From the sequence record MW384823.1: a stretch of DNA of 64,000 bases. One strand, given 5' to 3'. The position numbers and the translations under genes are program-made. This document shows positions 1 through 9,443 of the stretch, one piece after another (the first letter of the stretch is position 1; each line of letters opens with the position of its first letter). Under the pieces are notes generated by a model, which saw only the letters and a list, made by a program, of their open reading frames with translations, was not told the DNA's origin and made no database searches.

Positions 1-1338
1 ACAGAGCGTGTCTATGTTGAAGTGGATGAAGAACGTGATGAGATGGCCCGCATCAATCGGGGTGTCGGGCTCAACATTGAATTGCCGTTCTTCCACGATG
101 AAACCAACAACATCAAAGCGTGGCCGATTCGTACCAAATACAAAGTCACCATCACCTTCCGCCGTAATGCCCAGTCTGAGGACGAGTTGTTACGCTGGAC
201 AAACCGCCTGAACAGTTTACTGGACATGGGCCGCTATTCGTTAGTGACAGAGTCCGAAGCGTATTTCGTGATTCCTAAACCCCTGTTCAATCTGCTGAAC
301 GCGTGTTGGGTTGCATCTGAAACGCGTGTGCCTGTGTACCCCACGTTCAAAGAGTACCTGGCCGCGAACTTTGAAGATGCGGTGGGTGTCGTAGCCAACG
401 ACAGCGGGGGTCAGCAAACGCTGATGGTGCGTTATTCCCCAACCCGTGTGGAAATGGTTTACGACGTGAACCCGCCTGCATGGAATAAGGAAGAGAACCA
501 TTACGAAGCGACGATGACCGCCAACTTCGAATACGACCGCCCCGAGGAAGTCGGGTGTGTCTATCCGTACATCATCAACCAGACACCGTTGCCCGATGCG
601 TACTTCCCGCTGATTGACCCTCCGTGGATGGAAAACGAAGACGGGGTTGAGCGTAGCGAGGTACAGTCGTCGTTCGACGGGACGTGGTGGCAGAATGAGC
701 GTCGTCAGTTGATTCGCCTGCCGTACCTGCTGTGTCCCCCGGAGCAGCTCCACCGTATCCATTCCCCGCTTGAGGCAAAACTCCTGCGGATGTTTGGGAC
801 CGATGTGTGCTTCGGTGAGGAGAACATGTCAAATCCGGTGGTGATGTCAACGTCTGACTTGCCGTATGAGTGGAACCCGGTGCTGTTGCCGTACATCGAA
901 CACTGTCGCGCAATTGACCCGACGGGGATGACCGGGGTGTTCCGTACGGAACTGTTTGAGAACGGATTGCGTATTGAGCCGCGGTTGTACCACTGGCAGG
1001 ATGACGAGTTTTCCTTAACCCGTGAGATGGATGTGCACAAAGCTTACTTCCTGACCGAGTCGGTGATTTACGACTGGCGGGGGTTAGACCTGTGGCCGCT
1101 CCAGAAATACCCGAAAGCGGCAGAGCTGCTCATCAAGTGGTTGTTCCCAAATCTCGACTTCCCGGATTGGTGGTGGGAGTTACCGACACTCCCGCCGAGT
1201 GCGTGGGAGGAGATAGAAGACAAAACCACCCAAGACGAGACCGGTGCGGGTACCAACCGCAAGCATTTGCTGCTGACCGTCTTTAACACCACCATCATTG
1301 CAATACGAGGTACTTCGAATGCTGCAAGCGAAGGGTAA
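1..1338 (+). CDS. Virion structural protein (putative tail/baseplate), probably 5'-truncated by the window edge
   Basis: Frame is open from base 1 (ORF track starts at GTG 22; 438 aa). First gene of a coupled run upstream of helicase/capsid, where phiKZ-like phages place tail/baseplate genes. Confidence 0.55.
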   Translation, partial: TERVYVEVDEERDEMARINRGVGLNIELPFFHDETNNIKAWPIRTKYKVTITFRRNAQSEDELLRWTNRLNSLLDMGRYSLVTESEAYFVIPKPLFNLLNACWVASETRVPVYPTFKEYLAANFEDAVGVVANDSGGQQTLMVRYSPTRVEMVYDVNPPAWNKEENHYEATMTANFEYDRPEEVGCVYPYIINQTPLPDAYFPLIDPPWMENEDGVERSEVQSSFDGTWWQNERRQLIRLPYLLCPPEQLHRIHSPLEAKLLRMFGTDVCFGEENMSNPVVMSTSDLPYEWNPVLLPYIEHCRAIDPTGMTGVFRTELFENGLRIEPRLYHWQDDEFSLTREMDVHKAYFLTESVIYDWRGLDLWPLQKYPKAAELLIKWLFPNLDFPDWWWELPTLPPSAWEEIEDKTTQDETGAGTNRKHLLLTVFNTTIIAIRGTSNAASEG

Positions 1339-2650
1339 GGGTAAAACCACATTCGAGCCGGTTAAGACGGAACCCGAATACCTGAATCAGGCTCAAGACG
1401 GCGTCAAGGAAAAAACCAACATCGTCACAGAGCCTACCAGAACGACTGTAGTCGATTTAGAGCGTACGCCTGCCGTTAACTTGCTTCCGGTCGTTGAAGG
1501 CTCCTCATGGCCGTTGCTGGCGTATTATCGCCGGTTAATGGGCAAGAACGACCCGAAGATGTTGTTCGACCCGAAACAGGACTCACCGGTACAGCAATAC
1601 GACTGCATCCACTATCTGGAACTGCGGGTGAATAGCCCGCTGTCGCGCGACCAAGATGGGGGGAACAAAACCTTCACCATGTCGGGCAGCGCCACGATGG
1701 CTACGTCGGTTGTCCCGAACGAAAACGATATCTTCACGGCCTCCCTCGGGGATAACCGCATCGGTATCTTTAACGTTACCAGCACCACCCGTAATTCGAA
1801 CAATAAAATCGCCACCTATTCCATCGAGTACACGTTGCTCTTTGAAATGACACCTGCCCACAAAGCCATTCTGGACAAGTGCACGGCGCATGAGTTCTAT
1901 TACGTAAAGGAACGGGCCTACACGGGCGGAGACACGCTGCTCACCCCGAACGAGTACAATGCGTTCTTAGCACTCGGTGAGCACGTCAAAGGGATTGAGG
2001 AAACGTACCTGCGTCGCTTCTTTAATGAAGACGCGCAAACGATTCTCTTCCCGGATGACCGCTACGGGTATGCGTACGATGTGTTTCTGGCGCAGTTCGT
2101 GCGCGATATCGGTCTGCGGATGGTCGGGAAAGATGTGCGCATCTACCCACACCCCACCAAACCGATTCGGGACATCGAAACCCTGTTCACGGTGATTATC
2201 GCGCAGCAACCGTTATTCCTGCAAGATGTCAACCGCAAAAACAAAGGGTTGTCGGTGCGCTCATTCCGTACCATGCAGACCTACAACAACGTGGGCTGGT
2301 CGAAGATTGCGGTTACCCGCTATTTCTCCGACGATGCTCCGCTGCGTCAAATGCCTGCGGACTGGCCGAAGTTCGATGACTTTACCAGTGAAGATGTGCT
2401 GCTGGAAGGGTCGAATGAAACGGTGCCGGGATTCCTGCCACTGACATACACCCCGTACCTGCTGACTGACGTGTTCTACAACGGCGGTTACAGTTCCGGT
2501 CTGGAGTATGCATTGCAGCAATACCTGAACAAACAACCGCTTTCCACAAAGCTGGCGCTGGATTTGGCAAAGCAGGTTCACAAGCTGCCGAAGAACGCGC
2601 AACTCTATTACGTACCGCTGGTGTACGTATTGTTGAAATACGCGAGGTAA
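1298..2650 (+). CDS. Virion structural protein (phiKZ-like tail/baseplate family)
   Basis: 450 aa. Motif VEGSSWPLLAYY..LMG....DP...QQY..I..LELRV..PL recalled from phiKZ-like structural proteins. Overlaps the upstream gene by 41 nt. Confidence 0.6.
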   Translation: MQYEVLRMLQAKGKGKTTFEPVKTEPEYLNQAQDGVKEKTNIVTEPTRTTVVDLERTPAVNLLPVVEGSSWPLLAYYRRLMGKNDPKMLFDPKQDSPVQQYDCIHYLELRVNSPLSRDQDGGNKTFTMSGSATMATSVVPNENDIFTASLGDNRIGIFNVTSTTRNSNNKIATYSIEYTLLFEMTPAHKAILDKCTAHEFYYVKERAYTGGDTLLTPNEYNAFLALGEHVKGIEETYLRRFFNEDAQTILFPDDRYGYAYDVFLAQFVRDIGLRMVGKDVRIYPHPTKPIRDIETLFTVIIAQQPLFLQDVNRKNKGLSVRSFRTMQTYNNVGWSKIAVTRYFSDDAPLRQMPADWPKFDDFTSEDVLLEGSNETVPGFLPLTYTPYLLTDVFYNGGYSSGLEYALQQYLNKQPLSTKLALDLAKQVHKLPKNAQLYYVPLVYVLLKYAR

Positions 2651-2653
2651 GGC

Positions 2654-3196
2654 ATGAGCACGCAGAACAAGACTGCGGCATTCCACCTGTTCCATTCGTG
2701 GATCGGGTGGCGTATCCCGGAGTATTCTACCCTGACCGCGTATGCGACGCAGGAGTATGGTTTGTTTCTTCCCGAGGACAAACAGAAAGCCCGCGCTATC
2801 CTGTTGAACAAAAAGTTCGTGATGTACCGCCCCTTCGAGATTGCCCAGTATCTGGCAACCGGAGGTGCGCTGGATATCAACGATCCGCAAGACGGGATTA
2901 AAGTGTATGGCTGGATAATGGAGCACTTGGCGAACTGGATTAAACACATCGAGACGCCACAGCTGATTCCAAAACCTATCCCGATTGTGGGACTGCGTGA
3001 ATTCAACGTACTGGCCAACAAACTCTTCCCCGTGGCAAACCGTTATGGTTACTTCAAAAAGCCCGAAGCGACGATGGCGGATGCCGTGGCCTCGTTGTTC
3101 GGGGAAGTGAAGTTAACGCAGCAGCAACACCGGTTTAACGATACGCTGATTAAGCGCATCGAAGCCGGGTACCGTAAACGTGGAGGTAAACGGTAA
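2654..3196 (+). CDS. Conserved hypothetical protein
   Basis: 180 aa; SD aagg; coupled to neighbours (3 nt gap upstream, TAATG overlap downstream). Confidence 0.6.
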   Translation: MSTQNKTAAFHLFHSWIGWRIPEYSTLTAYATQEYGLFLPEDKQKARAILLNKKFVMYRPFEIAQYLATGGALDINDPQDGIKVYGWIMEHLANWIKHIETPQLIPKPIPIVGLREFNVLANKLFPVANRYGYFKKPEATMADAVASLFGEVKLTQQQHRFNDTLIKRIEAGYRKRGGKR

Positions 3197-4500
3197 TGGC
3201 CTATGGTCGCTTTCAACAGATTGTAAACTATCACATCGCGCAAGCGGCCGGATTGCCTCCCGTCGAGTACAACGCGGTGGTCACCGTGAAAGGGATTCCC
3301 CTGACGGTGATTCGTGTGCACTCCCTGATACACTCCGGGAACTTCTTCGAAGATATCACGACCCTCACTCACCTGACCTTGGTGGTGCCGTTCTCGCAGA
3401 TGCGTATTGCAACCGCGAATTCAGACGGGGACTTACGGGTACAGATTACTTTGCGTAGTGCCAACCGCTTGCTCGCCACGTATGCGTATCGCGGTATCGT
3501 GGTCAACAACCGTGACCCGGACATGGAAGCCCAAACCATGTTCTCCGGGCAGTCGGATGAAAAGGCGATTGCTTTCGTGACGTTTGAGCTGATGGACGAG
3601 TCTATCTGGTTTCTGCGTTTGCGCAACGTGAAAGTGCGTCACCAAGAAACGGATGCCCTAACGGTCGCCCGTGCCATCTTGGCAGACACGCTACCCGACT
3701 CGTCTAACGAGGGGGAGGTCTTATCACTCTCCTACGAGAAAGAAGAACAGCAGCTTTACCGTAACATCATTCTGCCGGATAGCACGACGTTTCTCGAAGT
3801 GTTTGACCAGCTGCAAGAACGCTACGGTATCTACAGCAAAGGGCTCGGTGTCTACCAGCATTTGCGCCGCTGGTATCTTTACCAGTTGTGGGATGAGGAG
3901 AAGTTCAACACGGCAACTGAGAAGGTGGTCATCTATAACTTGCCACGCGAGAAAGCCGCGCAGATAGACAAGACCATCCACATCACGCCGGGCGTCCTGT
4001 ACCTGATTACCGGTGGTGATACCACAACCATCGTGAAGACGGACGAGAATGCCCTGAACCAAGGGACAGGTTACCGTGTCGGTTCTATCCGCGCGCTGGA
4101 TAACCGTGCGTCATCGTTTACGCCGGGTGGTGTCAGTATGACCACGCCAGACAAATTCGTGTCGCAAGCCAACCCCGTGAATTACGCAGGGAAAGTGACG
4201 AACGCCCCGGTCGCCAAACAAGGCTTTACCGACAACGACAAACCGCTACGCGCAAAGCTTGCCCGTTCAACCGGCACCTTTACCAAAGTGACATGGAACC
4301 GCGCTGCTCATGGCCTCATTAAGCCGGGTATGGCGGTGAAATATGTTTATGCCAACGAATACGGCATTTACAGTCGCTACGGTACCATTGTTGGGGAAGT
4401 CTTCCAAGCCGGGCTGGACGGTGGCTCGATTGCGACCGCGAACCACAATACCCAATCGGAGCTTACCCTCTGGTTAGGGAAACAAAAAAATACAGCATAG
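3196..4500 (+). CDS. Virion structural protein, putative baseplate hub-like
   Basis: 434 aa beta-rich ORF with TAATG coupling. Size, position and motifs (LQERYGIYSKGLGVY; IKPGMAVKYVY) fit the phiKZ-like hub gene. Confidence 0.5.
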   Translation: MAYGRFQQIVNYHIAQAAGLPPVEYNAVVTVKGIPLTVIRVHSLIHSGNFFEDITTLTHLTLVVPFSQMRIATANSDGDLRVQITLRSANRLLATYAYRGIVVNNRDPDMEAQTMFSGQSDEKAIAFVTFELMDESIWFLRLRNVKVRHQETDALTVARAILADTLPDSSNEGEVLSLSYEKEEQQLYRNIILPDSTTFLEVFDQLQERYGIYSKGLGVYQHLRRWYLYQLWDEEKFNTATEKVVIYNLPREKAAQIDKTIHITPGVLYLITGGDTTTIVKTDENALNQGTGYRVGSIRALDNRASSFTPGGVSMTTPDKFVSQANPVNYAGKVTNAPVAKQGFTDNDKPLRAKLARSTGTFTKVTWNRAAHGLIKPGMAVKYVYANEYGIYSRYGTIVGEVFQAGLDGGSIATANHNTQSELTLWLGKQKNTA

Positions 4501-4537
4501 TGCCGTTCTATGCTAACGTAACCATAAGGACTTTGTA

Positions 4538-5335
4538 ATGAACTCAGTTTACGCCCTCCGCCTACCTGGTCAGCTTATCCAGGAGATTGAAGCCCACGAA
4601 CAGAAAAACTTTAGCCGCCCGTCGAACCTCTGGGATCGCATCGTTAAAGTTTTACCGCGTGACGGCGAAATCGCACTGTTGTACGTCATGGCGTCCAGCC
4701 TTGATGCCAACGTGGCTATCATTTATACCCAAAATGGTGTGGAGCAATGTCGTCAGCTGCCGATTAGTGAAAAGGGCTCACTGGGCCAACTGCTGTTCCT
4801 GCACTGCATGACCACCCTCCCGGTCTGGTCTGCGCTGCGGGGTCAGTACGATTTCGAATACATCTACTTCTACGGCCAGAAGCTGTCCAATGATATCATC
4901 GTTGGCGACCAGTCAACCTACCCGCGTTATGTTGAGCGTATCACCCCGCAGGACACCGTCGATGCCGGTGACTACGAATTCAACATGTTCCGCTTCCAGA
5001 TGGTTGGCGAATCCCGTGATCCGCAGAACACTGTAGCGATCCGCGCCGCGATCCGTTGTGTGGCCCGCTCAACTACCCGTGAGCTGTCAACCAACATCAA
5101 CGAAATCTTCCCGGTGCTGCAATACGGCCCACTGATCACGTTCAACTCGTATGTACCGTTCCCGTGCCAGATTCTGACGCCGTACGATAACGAGTGTACG
5201 CTCGGTGCGGCGAAAGAGTACGGCCTGCATGCGCAGGATGCGGTAATCGCCATCAGCGATGAGCGTATTGTCATCAACTCACTGCAAGGTGTGCAGGTCA
5301 TGGACGTGCCGCCGATGACCGTGATGGGGCAATAA
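4538..5335 (+). CDS. Hypothetical protein
   Basis: 265 aa; SD aagga; highly-expressed-type codon usage; followed by a terminator. Confidence 0.7.
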   Translation: MNSVYALRLPGQLIQEIEAHEQKNFSRPSNLWDRIVKVLPRDGEIALLYVMASSLDANVAIIYTQNGVEQCRQLPISEKGSLGQLLFLHCMTTLPVWSALRGQYDFEYIYFYGQKLSNDIIVGDQSTYPRYVERITPQDTVDAGDYEFNMFRFQMVGESRDPQNTVAIRAAIRCVARSTTRELSTNINEIFPVLQYGPLITFNSYVPFPCQILTPYDNECTLGAAKEYGLHAQDAVIAISDERIVINSLQGVQVMDVPPMTVMGQ

Positions 5336-5346
5336 AAGAAAAACCG

Positions 5347-5378
5347 TCCGACCTCGCAAGGGGTCGGATATTCTTATT
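5347..5378 (+). terminator. Intrinsic terminator
   Basis: tccgacctc-GCAA-ggggtcgga followed by tattcttatt. Confidence 0.65.
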
Positions 5379-5470
5379 AAAATGACCATGTAAGCGTTTG
5401 CTTATAAAGGCGGGTCATTTACTGTCTTTAGCGCGACAAGCGCTTAGAATGCTTCTGAGGGCGTTTAAAC

Positions 5471-5875
5471 GTGATAATTGAGATGAGTAAAAGAAAAGCG
5501 AAGAATAAAGTCCCAACAACTCACCGTTTTGACCCGTTTACCTTTATTCCCACTGCCGATTCGGATGCCATGATTGTTGAGGGGGTTGAAACCGAACCCA
5601 TGAAGATTCGGGAGTACATTCATCGCAAGCGGATGCAGATGATAATCCATTCGATCATCTATTACCGGATGGATGAGAATGTAATTTCAGACACGACATG
5701 GCAAGCGTGGGCAAACCAGTTAGCGGCGGTTCAGAACCGTTACCCGCAGTACACGGATATCGGTTTTCACGATGCGCTATTCAAAGGGTGGGATGGATCA
5801 ACTGGGATGCATTTAGATTTGCCGGAATATTACGGTGTTGCTCTTTCTGTCATCAGACTGGCCCAGTCGCACTAA
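5471..5875 (+). CDS. Stand-alone NAD-dependent DNA ligase subdomain Ia (Nlig-Ia)-like protein
   Basis: HSIIYYRMDENVISDTTWQAWANQLAAVQNRYP matches the LigA Ia pattern H..YY..D.P.ISD..YD.L...L...E..YP. No adenylation domain follows. Start may be ATG 5483. Confidence 0.6.
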   Translation: MIIEMSKRKAKNKVPTTHRFDPFTFIPTADSDAMIVEGVETEPMKIREYIHRKRMQMIIHSIIYYRMDENVISDTTWQAWANQLAAVQNRYPQYTDIGFHDALFKGWDGSTGMHLDLPEYYGVALSVIRLAQSH

Positions 5876-5883
5876 AAATAATC

Positions 5884-5912
5884 TCAGATATATATTACCT
5901 AGGTGAGAGTTG
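5884..5912 (+). promoter_or_regulatory. Early (virion RNAP) promoter motif, copy 1
   Basis: tcagatatatattacctaggtgagagttg contains the phiKZ early-promoter core TATATTAC. Identical over 29 bp to 52978-53006. Confidence 0.75.
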
Positions 5913-5951
5913 TACATTAATCCTTATCTTAATACATATCTGGAGATACCT

Positions 5952-6131
5952 ATGAATACTTTAGAACGTATGGCCGCCGCACGTAAAGCTCGCATCTCCG
6001 AAAACAACCCGCACGGTTATCAGTCAGAACAACTGCGTCGTTCAGATGCAGTCCTGACTCGCAGCATTAACGAAGGCAAGAAAGTTGACGATGCACTGGC
6101 CAGCGCCATGGACCGTCTGAACAAATTCTAA
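5952..6131 (+). CDS. Small early protein (59 aa)
   Basis: ATG 5952 after SD ggag; MNTLERMAAARKARIS...; first gene after early promoter. The ORF track's 5910 start lies in the promoter. Confidence 0.7.
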   Translation: MNTLERMAAARKARISENNPHGYQSEQLRRSDAVLTRSINEGKKVDDALASAMDRLNKF

Positions 6132-6167
6132 TTCTACCATTTCCAATCGACTATCGAGGACTACATC

Positions 6168-6305
6168 ATGTTCAAACATAAACGCGCTATCCTGACCATC
6201 GTTGCCATCGTGACTTTCGGTTCACTGTACTTATCAGTTTCTACTGACTACGACACCTGCCGCGCTAACGGAAATTCCGTAAGCCAATGCACCGGTCGTG
6301 GTTAA
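6168..6305 (+). CDS. Small membrane protein (45 aa), not in ORF track
   Basis: Hand-translated MFKHKRAILTIVAIVTFGSLYLSVSTDYDTCRANGNSVSQCTGRG*; SD gagga; stop is followed by a terminator. Confidence 0.7.
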   Translation: MFKHKRAILTIVAIVTFGSLYLSVSTDYDTCRANGNSVSQCTGRG

Positions 6306-6311
6306 ACCTAC

Positions 6312-6340
6312 AGGTAGCCTTCGGGCTACCTTAATTTTTT
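6312..6340 (+). terminator. Intrinsic terminator
   Basis: aggtagcc-TTCG-ggctacct plus T-tract. Confidence 0.8.
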
Positions 6341-6361
6341 GTTTACACAAGGACTATCAAG

Positions 6362-7078
6362 ATGACCCTGTTACTGAATCGTTTCGACCTGTCACCCCGT
6401 TACCCAACATTGCGCCATGACCCTAAACTGATTGCCGAGGTGGAAGATATCCGCTTGGCAGTTTCCGAAGACCCGAACGGTGATGACAAGATTTTCGTGG
6501 TCATTTATAAAGGTCAGGTTATTGCGGGCGTCTCGTTCAGTAAGCCCGGCTATCCGCGTGATGAAGATAACCACCGCGAGCAACGCAACGCCGCATACAC
6601 CGCATTGAGCTACGCTTCATCGTACCTGATGGCGGCCACCCCCATCTTCGCAGAACGCGCGGTACTGGTCGGGCACATGGTCGCGTTGTACACCTTGACC
6701 AACATGGACGATTTCTACAACGACGACCGCATCACCCAGCGGCTGCAAGAAGACCCGCGTAAGGCGCACAACGCCTCTGATTGCAAGCTGGACGCATTAG
6801 CGCTGCTGTCCGAGCTGTATCACGTCTGCCCGACTTTTGATAATAACGGCATCGTGGCCCAGTACGAAAACGTCAAACTGAACGTACTGACCTTGTGGGG
6901 TATTGAAAAGATTCGCTATAAGCTGACCGCCAAAGGGGGCACGTACGAACTGTCGGCTCATGTCGATGTCGGGTTCGAAGAAGACAGCCGTGACACGGTT
7001 GATAATTTTATGTCGCAGTTTGAGTTCCCGCTGCAATCCATCCCTGTTGACCAGAAAGAAGAAGGAGAAGACGAATAA
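6362..7078 (+). CDS. Hypothetical protein
   Basis: 238 aa; SD aagga. Confidence 0.7.
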   Translation: MTLLLNRFDLSPRYPTLRHDPKLIAEVEDIRLAVSEDPNGDDKIFVVIYKGQVIAGVSFSKPGYPRDEDNHREQRNAAYTALSYASSYLMAATPIFAERAVLVGHMVALYTLTNMDDFYNDDRITQRLQEDPRKAHNASDCKLDALALLSELYHVCPTFDNNGIVAQYENVKLNVLTLWGIEKIRYKLTAKGGTYELSAHVDVGFEEDSRDTVDNFMSQFEFPLQSIPVDQKEEGEDE

Positions 7079-7470
7079 TGCGAAAGAGTCGTCTGTTACT
7101 GGCGTTAACGTTTTTGTTTAAAGGTAACATTTTTAAGTGTCGTCACCGTATGGGCCGCGTGAAAGATTTCCTGTATGGCCCAAAGAAATACCACCTCACA
7201 GAGCCGCGTTGCCTGTGGGATGAGACACTCGACCACAAGTTCCGCGTGGTACGCTACCGCAGGGTATACTGCTGGTACGGAAGACTCTACTCCCCATTTC
7301 GTCGGACTCACCATAAAGGTCTGGAGCTGGAAAACGGGGTCATCGTCCCCCATGAAACCATCGGCGATTATCTGGCCGCACTGAAAAAGGCTGATGAGGT
7401 GTTTCCCCAATTAGTCGCGAACCTGAGAAAGGCGACCGACGACTTGTGCAATTCACGCATCGAAGCCTAG
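7078..7470 (+). CDS. Hypothetical basic protein
   Basis: 130 aa; TAATG coupling; followed by a terminator. Confidence 0.6.
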   Translation: MRKSRLLLALTFLFKGNIFKCRHRMGRVKDFLYGPKKYHLTEPRCLWDETLDHKFRVVRYRRVYCWYGRLYSPFRRTHHKGLELENGVIVPHETIGDYLAALKKADEVFPQLVANLRKATDDLCNSRIEA

Positions 7471-7476
7471 CTGTAC

Positions 7477-7514
7477 CCCCAACTTCTTCGGAGGTTGGGG
7501 TTCTTATTTATTTT
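7477..7514 (+). terminator. Intrinsic terminator
   Basis: ccccaacttc-TTCG-gaggttgggg plus ttcttatttatttt. Confidence 0.75.
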
Positions 7515-7584
7515 CGCAAAGAAAATAAAAGCCGGTTACTCCCCCGGCAAGGAGAGTAACCTTAATCACATTGGAGTAATCAAC

Positions 7585-7728
7585 ATGAACAACTTTCTTA
7601 ACCACCTCAAGGCGAAACAGAAAAGCGCCGAGCAATACAACCAACGCGTGGCCGAGATACAACGTGCTCCAGCGCCTCGCTCACGGCTTAAAGGCTTAGG
7701 GGGTGAAATAGTATTCACTAAACGATAG
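7585..7728 (+). CDS. Small basic protein (47 aa)
   Basis: ATG 7585 after SD ggag; MNNFLNHLKAKQK... Confidence 0.55.
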   Translation: MNNFLNHLKAKQKSAEQYNQRVAEIQRAPAPRSRLKGLGGEIVFTKR

Positions 7729-7864
7729 TTGATAAGATAATTAACCTAGCCGGTGCTGTAACACCGGCTAGTATTCTCACCATAGTAAGAAGCTTTATTT
7801 TTTTTGTCTCGGCGGGACACATAACTGCCCCCGCTGGAGACCGAAGTCTCCAGCTGAGTTAGGC

Positions 7865-9430
7865 TCAGAATAAATCGTCGCCCATGCCACCGGTAAAGTG
7901 GTTGATAGAGGATGCCGTCACGGTCATCTCTTTGTCGCAATCCCAAGGCAGGATGCCAACGTCTGCAAACGGTATAACAGTGTAATGATGTTTCTCATTG
8001 GTATCAATGATGGTACGGTGTTTACCACGTTGCACTTCTAAGAAGCTGTGACCGTTGACCACACGCTTGTTGAAGTACACCTCACCATCGGCTTCGTTAT
8101 CCAGACTTGTACAGTTGTCGTACAGGCCACGACCGGGCAGGTTCTTACAGAAGCCAACCGGGTCTACCGCTTTCAGACGTTTCCCTTCTGGAGAAATCTG
8201 ATGCGGCGCTAACAGGAAACCGTGGTTACGCACGACCTGAATGTTTCGGGCCATACGGTAAATCTCTTTGATGTCACTGCCTGCAATACCGTTACCGTGT
8301 CCTGCTTTGTTGATGGTGCCCAAGTAGTCAGCACGAATCCCAACAACGTGGAAACCGTCACGTTTGTAGTCAGTGATAAGGTCATTCAGGTAATGCACTT
8401 TGAAATCGGTGTTCGTGTGTTTCTCAAACGAGTATTCCCACCCGTTCGCACGAATCTTACCAATCAGGTAATCCGCCATTTGTTGAACATGTGCGGCACG
8501 TTCTTCATCGGTGGCTGTTTCAGGCAGAGTCATTACAGGCGCAACGCCTTCGAAGTGACCGTAGATAGCCTGATAAGCGTAAGCGATGTTCACGTCCAGT
8601 TCGTTCTCAAGGCTCAGGTCGAGAATCAGTGGAGCCAAGTTACCCTTCACGTTCGCCATCACTTTTTCCGGTGTGTTAAACAGCGGAACCGAGATAGCAG
8701 TCAAGAGACTAAAGAGAGACTTACAGTTAAATGGCAGCGCAGGCATGAGCCACAATTCTTCGGTAATCCCTTTGTTACACCCCATCATTTGATTGATGGC
8801 TTTCCAACCGGTCTTCAAACCGTTACCCGCAACCTTCCGGTTGATGTCGCTGAACGTCTTCACAAACGGTGCTCGGTCTGTGGTAATCAGCTTGTTCACC
8901 TGCGAAGGAATCTTATTATGAGAACGTTCACCGAACGTGGCCATAGATCCCGTCAGATCTTTCAGCGCAGTCTGAAGGTCAACGCGGGTTTCTGTGCCGT
9001 TCAACACGCCGAGCGTACGACCAAGGTATTGCTTTAACTGTACACCTTGGATTGCCTGACGTAATTGGAAATAATATTGGGAGAGGGTTTTGTTCAGATA
9101 GTCGATGCGTTCTTCCTCGACTTCCGGCAATTCCTCAGCATCCATGAATTTCACAATCACATCGTATAGAGGGCGTGTTTGCGTGGTTGCCAGTTTCAAG
9201 CGCTTCATGACATTGGTGTGGTTGTAATCCATACCACCGTCGATGACTGATGTTATAATGTCTTTGATTTCAGCTAATGCCGAGCGCTCGTCACCTTCTT
9301 CGACGTAATCGGGGAGCTTGACCTCGTGGAGCACTTTTCTTATGACGTCATGATCTTTATCGGGCTCAGACAGAAGGCTCTCTGCGTATAAGGCGGCTAA
9401 GGCTGTTATCAACATCATTTTACTATTCAT
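7865..9430 (-). CDS. DnaB-like replicative helicase (phiKZ-type)
   Basis: 521 aa. KTGWKAINQMMG, divergent Walker A PALPFNCKS, LSLEN, Walker B RADYL, APHQIS, EVQRGKHR. Lies divergent from the capsid operon, as in phiKZ-like phages. Confidence 0.85.
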   Translation of the reverse strand: MNSKMMLITALAALYAESLLSEPDKDHDVIRKVLHEVKLPDYVEEGDERSALAEIKDIITSVIDGGMDYNHTNVMKRLKLATTQTRPLYDVIVKFMDAEELPEVEEERIDYLNKTLSQYYFQLRQAIQGVQLKQYLGRTLGVLNGTETRVDLQTALKDLTGSMATFGERSHNKIPSQVNKLITTDRAPFVKTFSDINRKVAGNGLKTGWKAINQMMGCNKGITEELWLMPALPFNCKSLFSLLTAISVPLFNTPEKVMANVKGNLAPLILDLSLENELDVNIAYAYQAIYGHFEGVAPVMTLPETATDEERAAHVQQMADYLIGKIRANGWEYSFEKHTNTDFKVHYLNDLITDYKRDGFHVVGIRADYLGTINKAGHGNGIAGSDIKEIYRMARNIQVVRNHGFLLAPHQISPEGKRLKAVDPVGFCKNLPGRGLYDNCTSLDNEADGEVYFNKRVVNGHSFLEVQRGKHRTIIDTNEKHHYTVIPFADVGILPWDCDKEMTVTASSINHFTGGMGDDLF

Positions 9431-9443
9431 GGAGCATCCTTCA

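Noticed and set aside
8222-9037. 271-aa + strand ORF over the helicase
   Set aside because: Antisense shadow of the minus-strand helicase.
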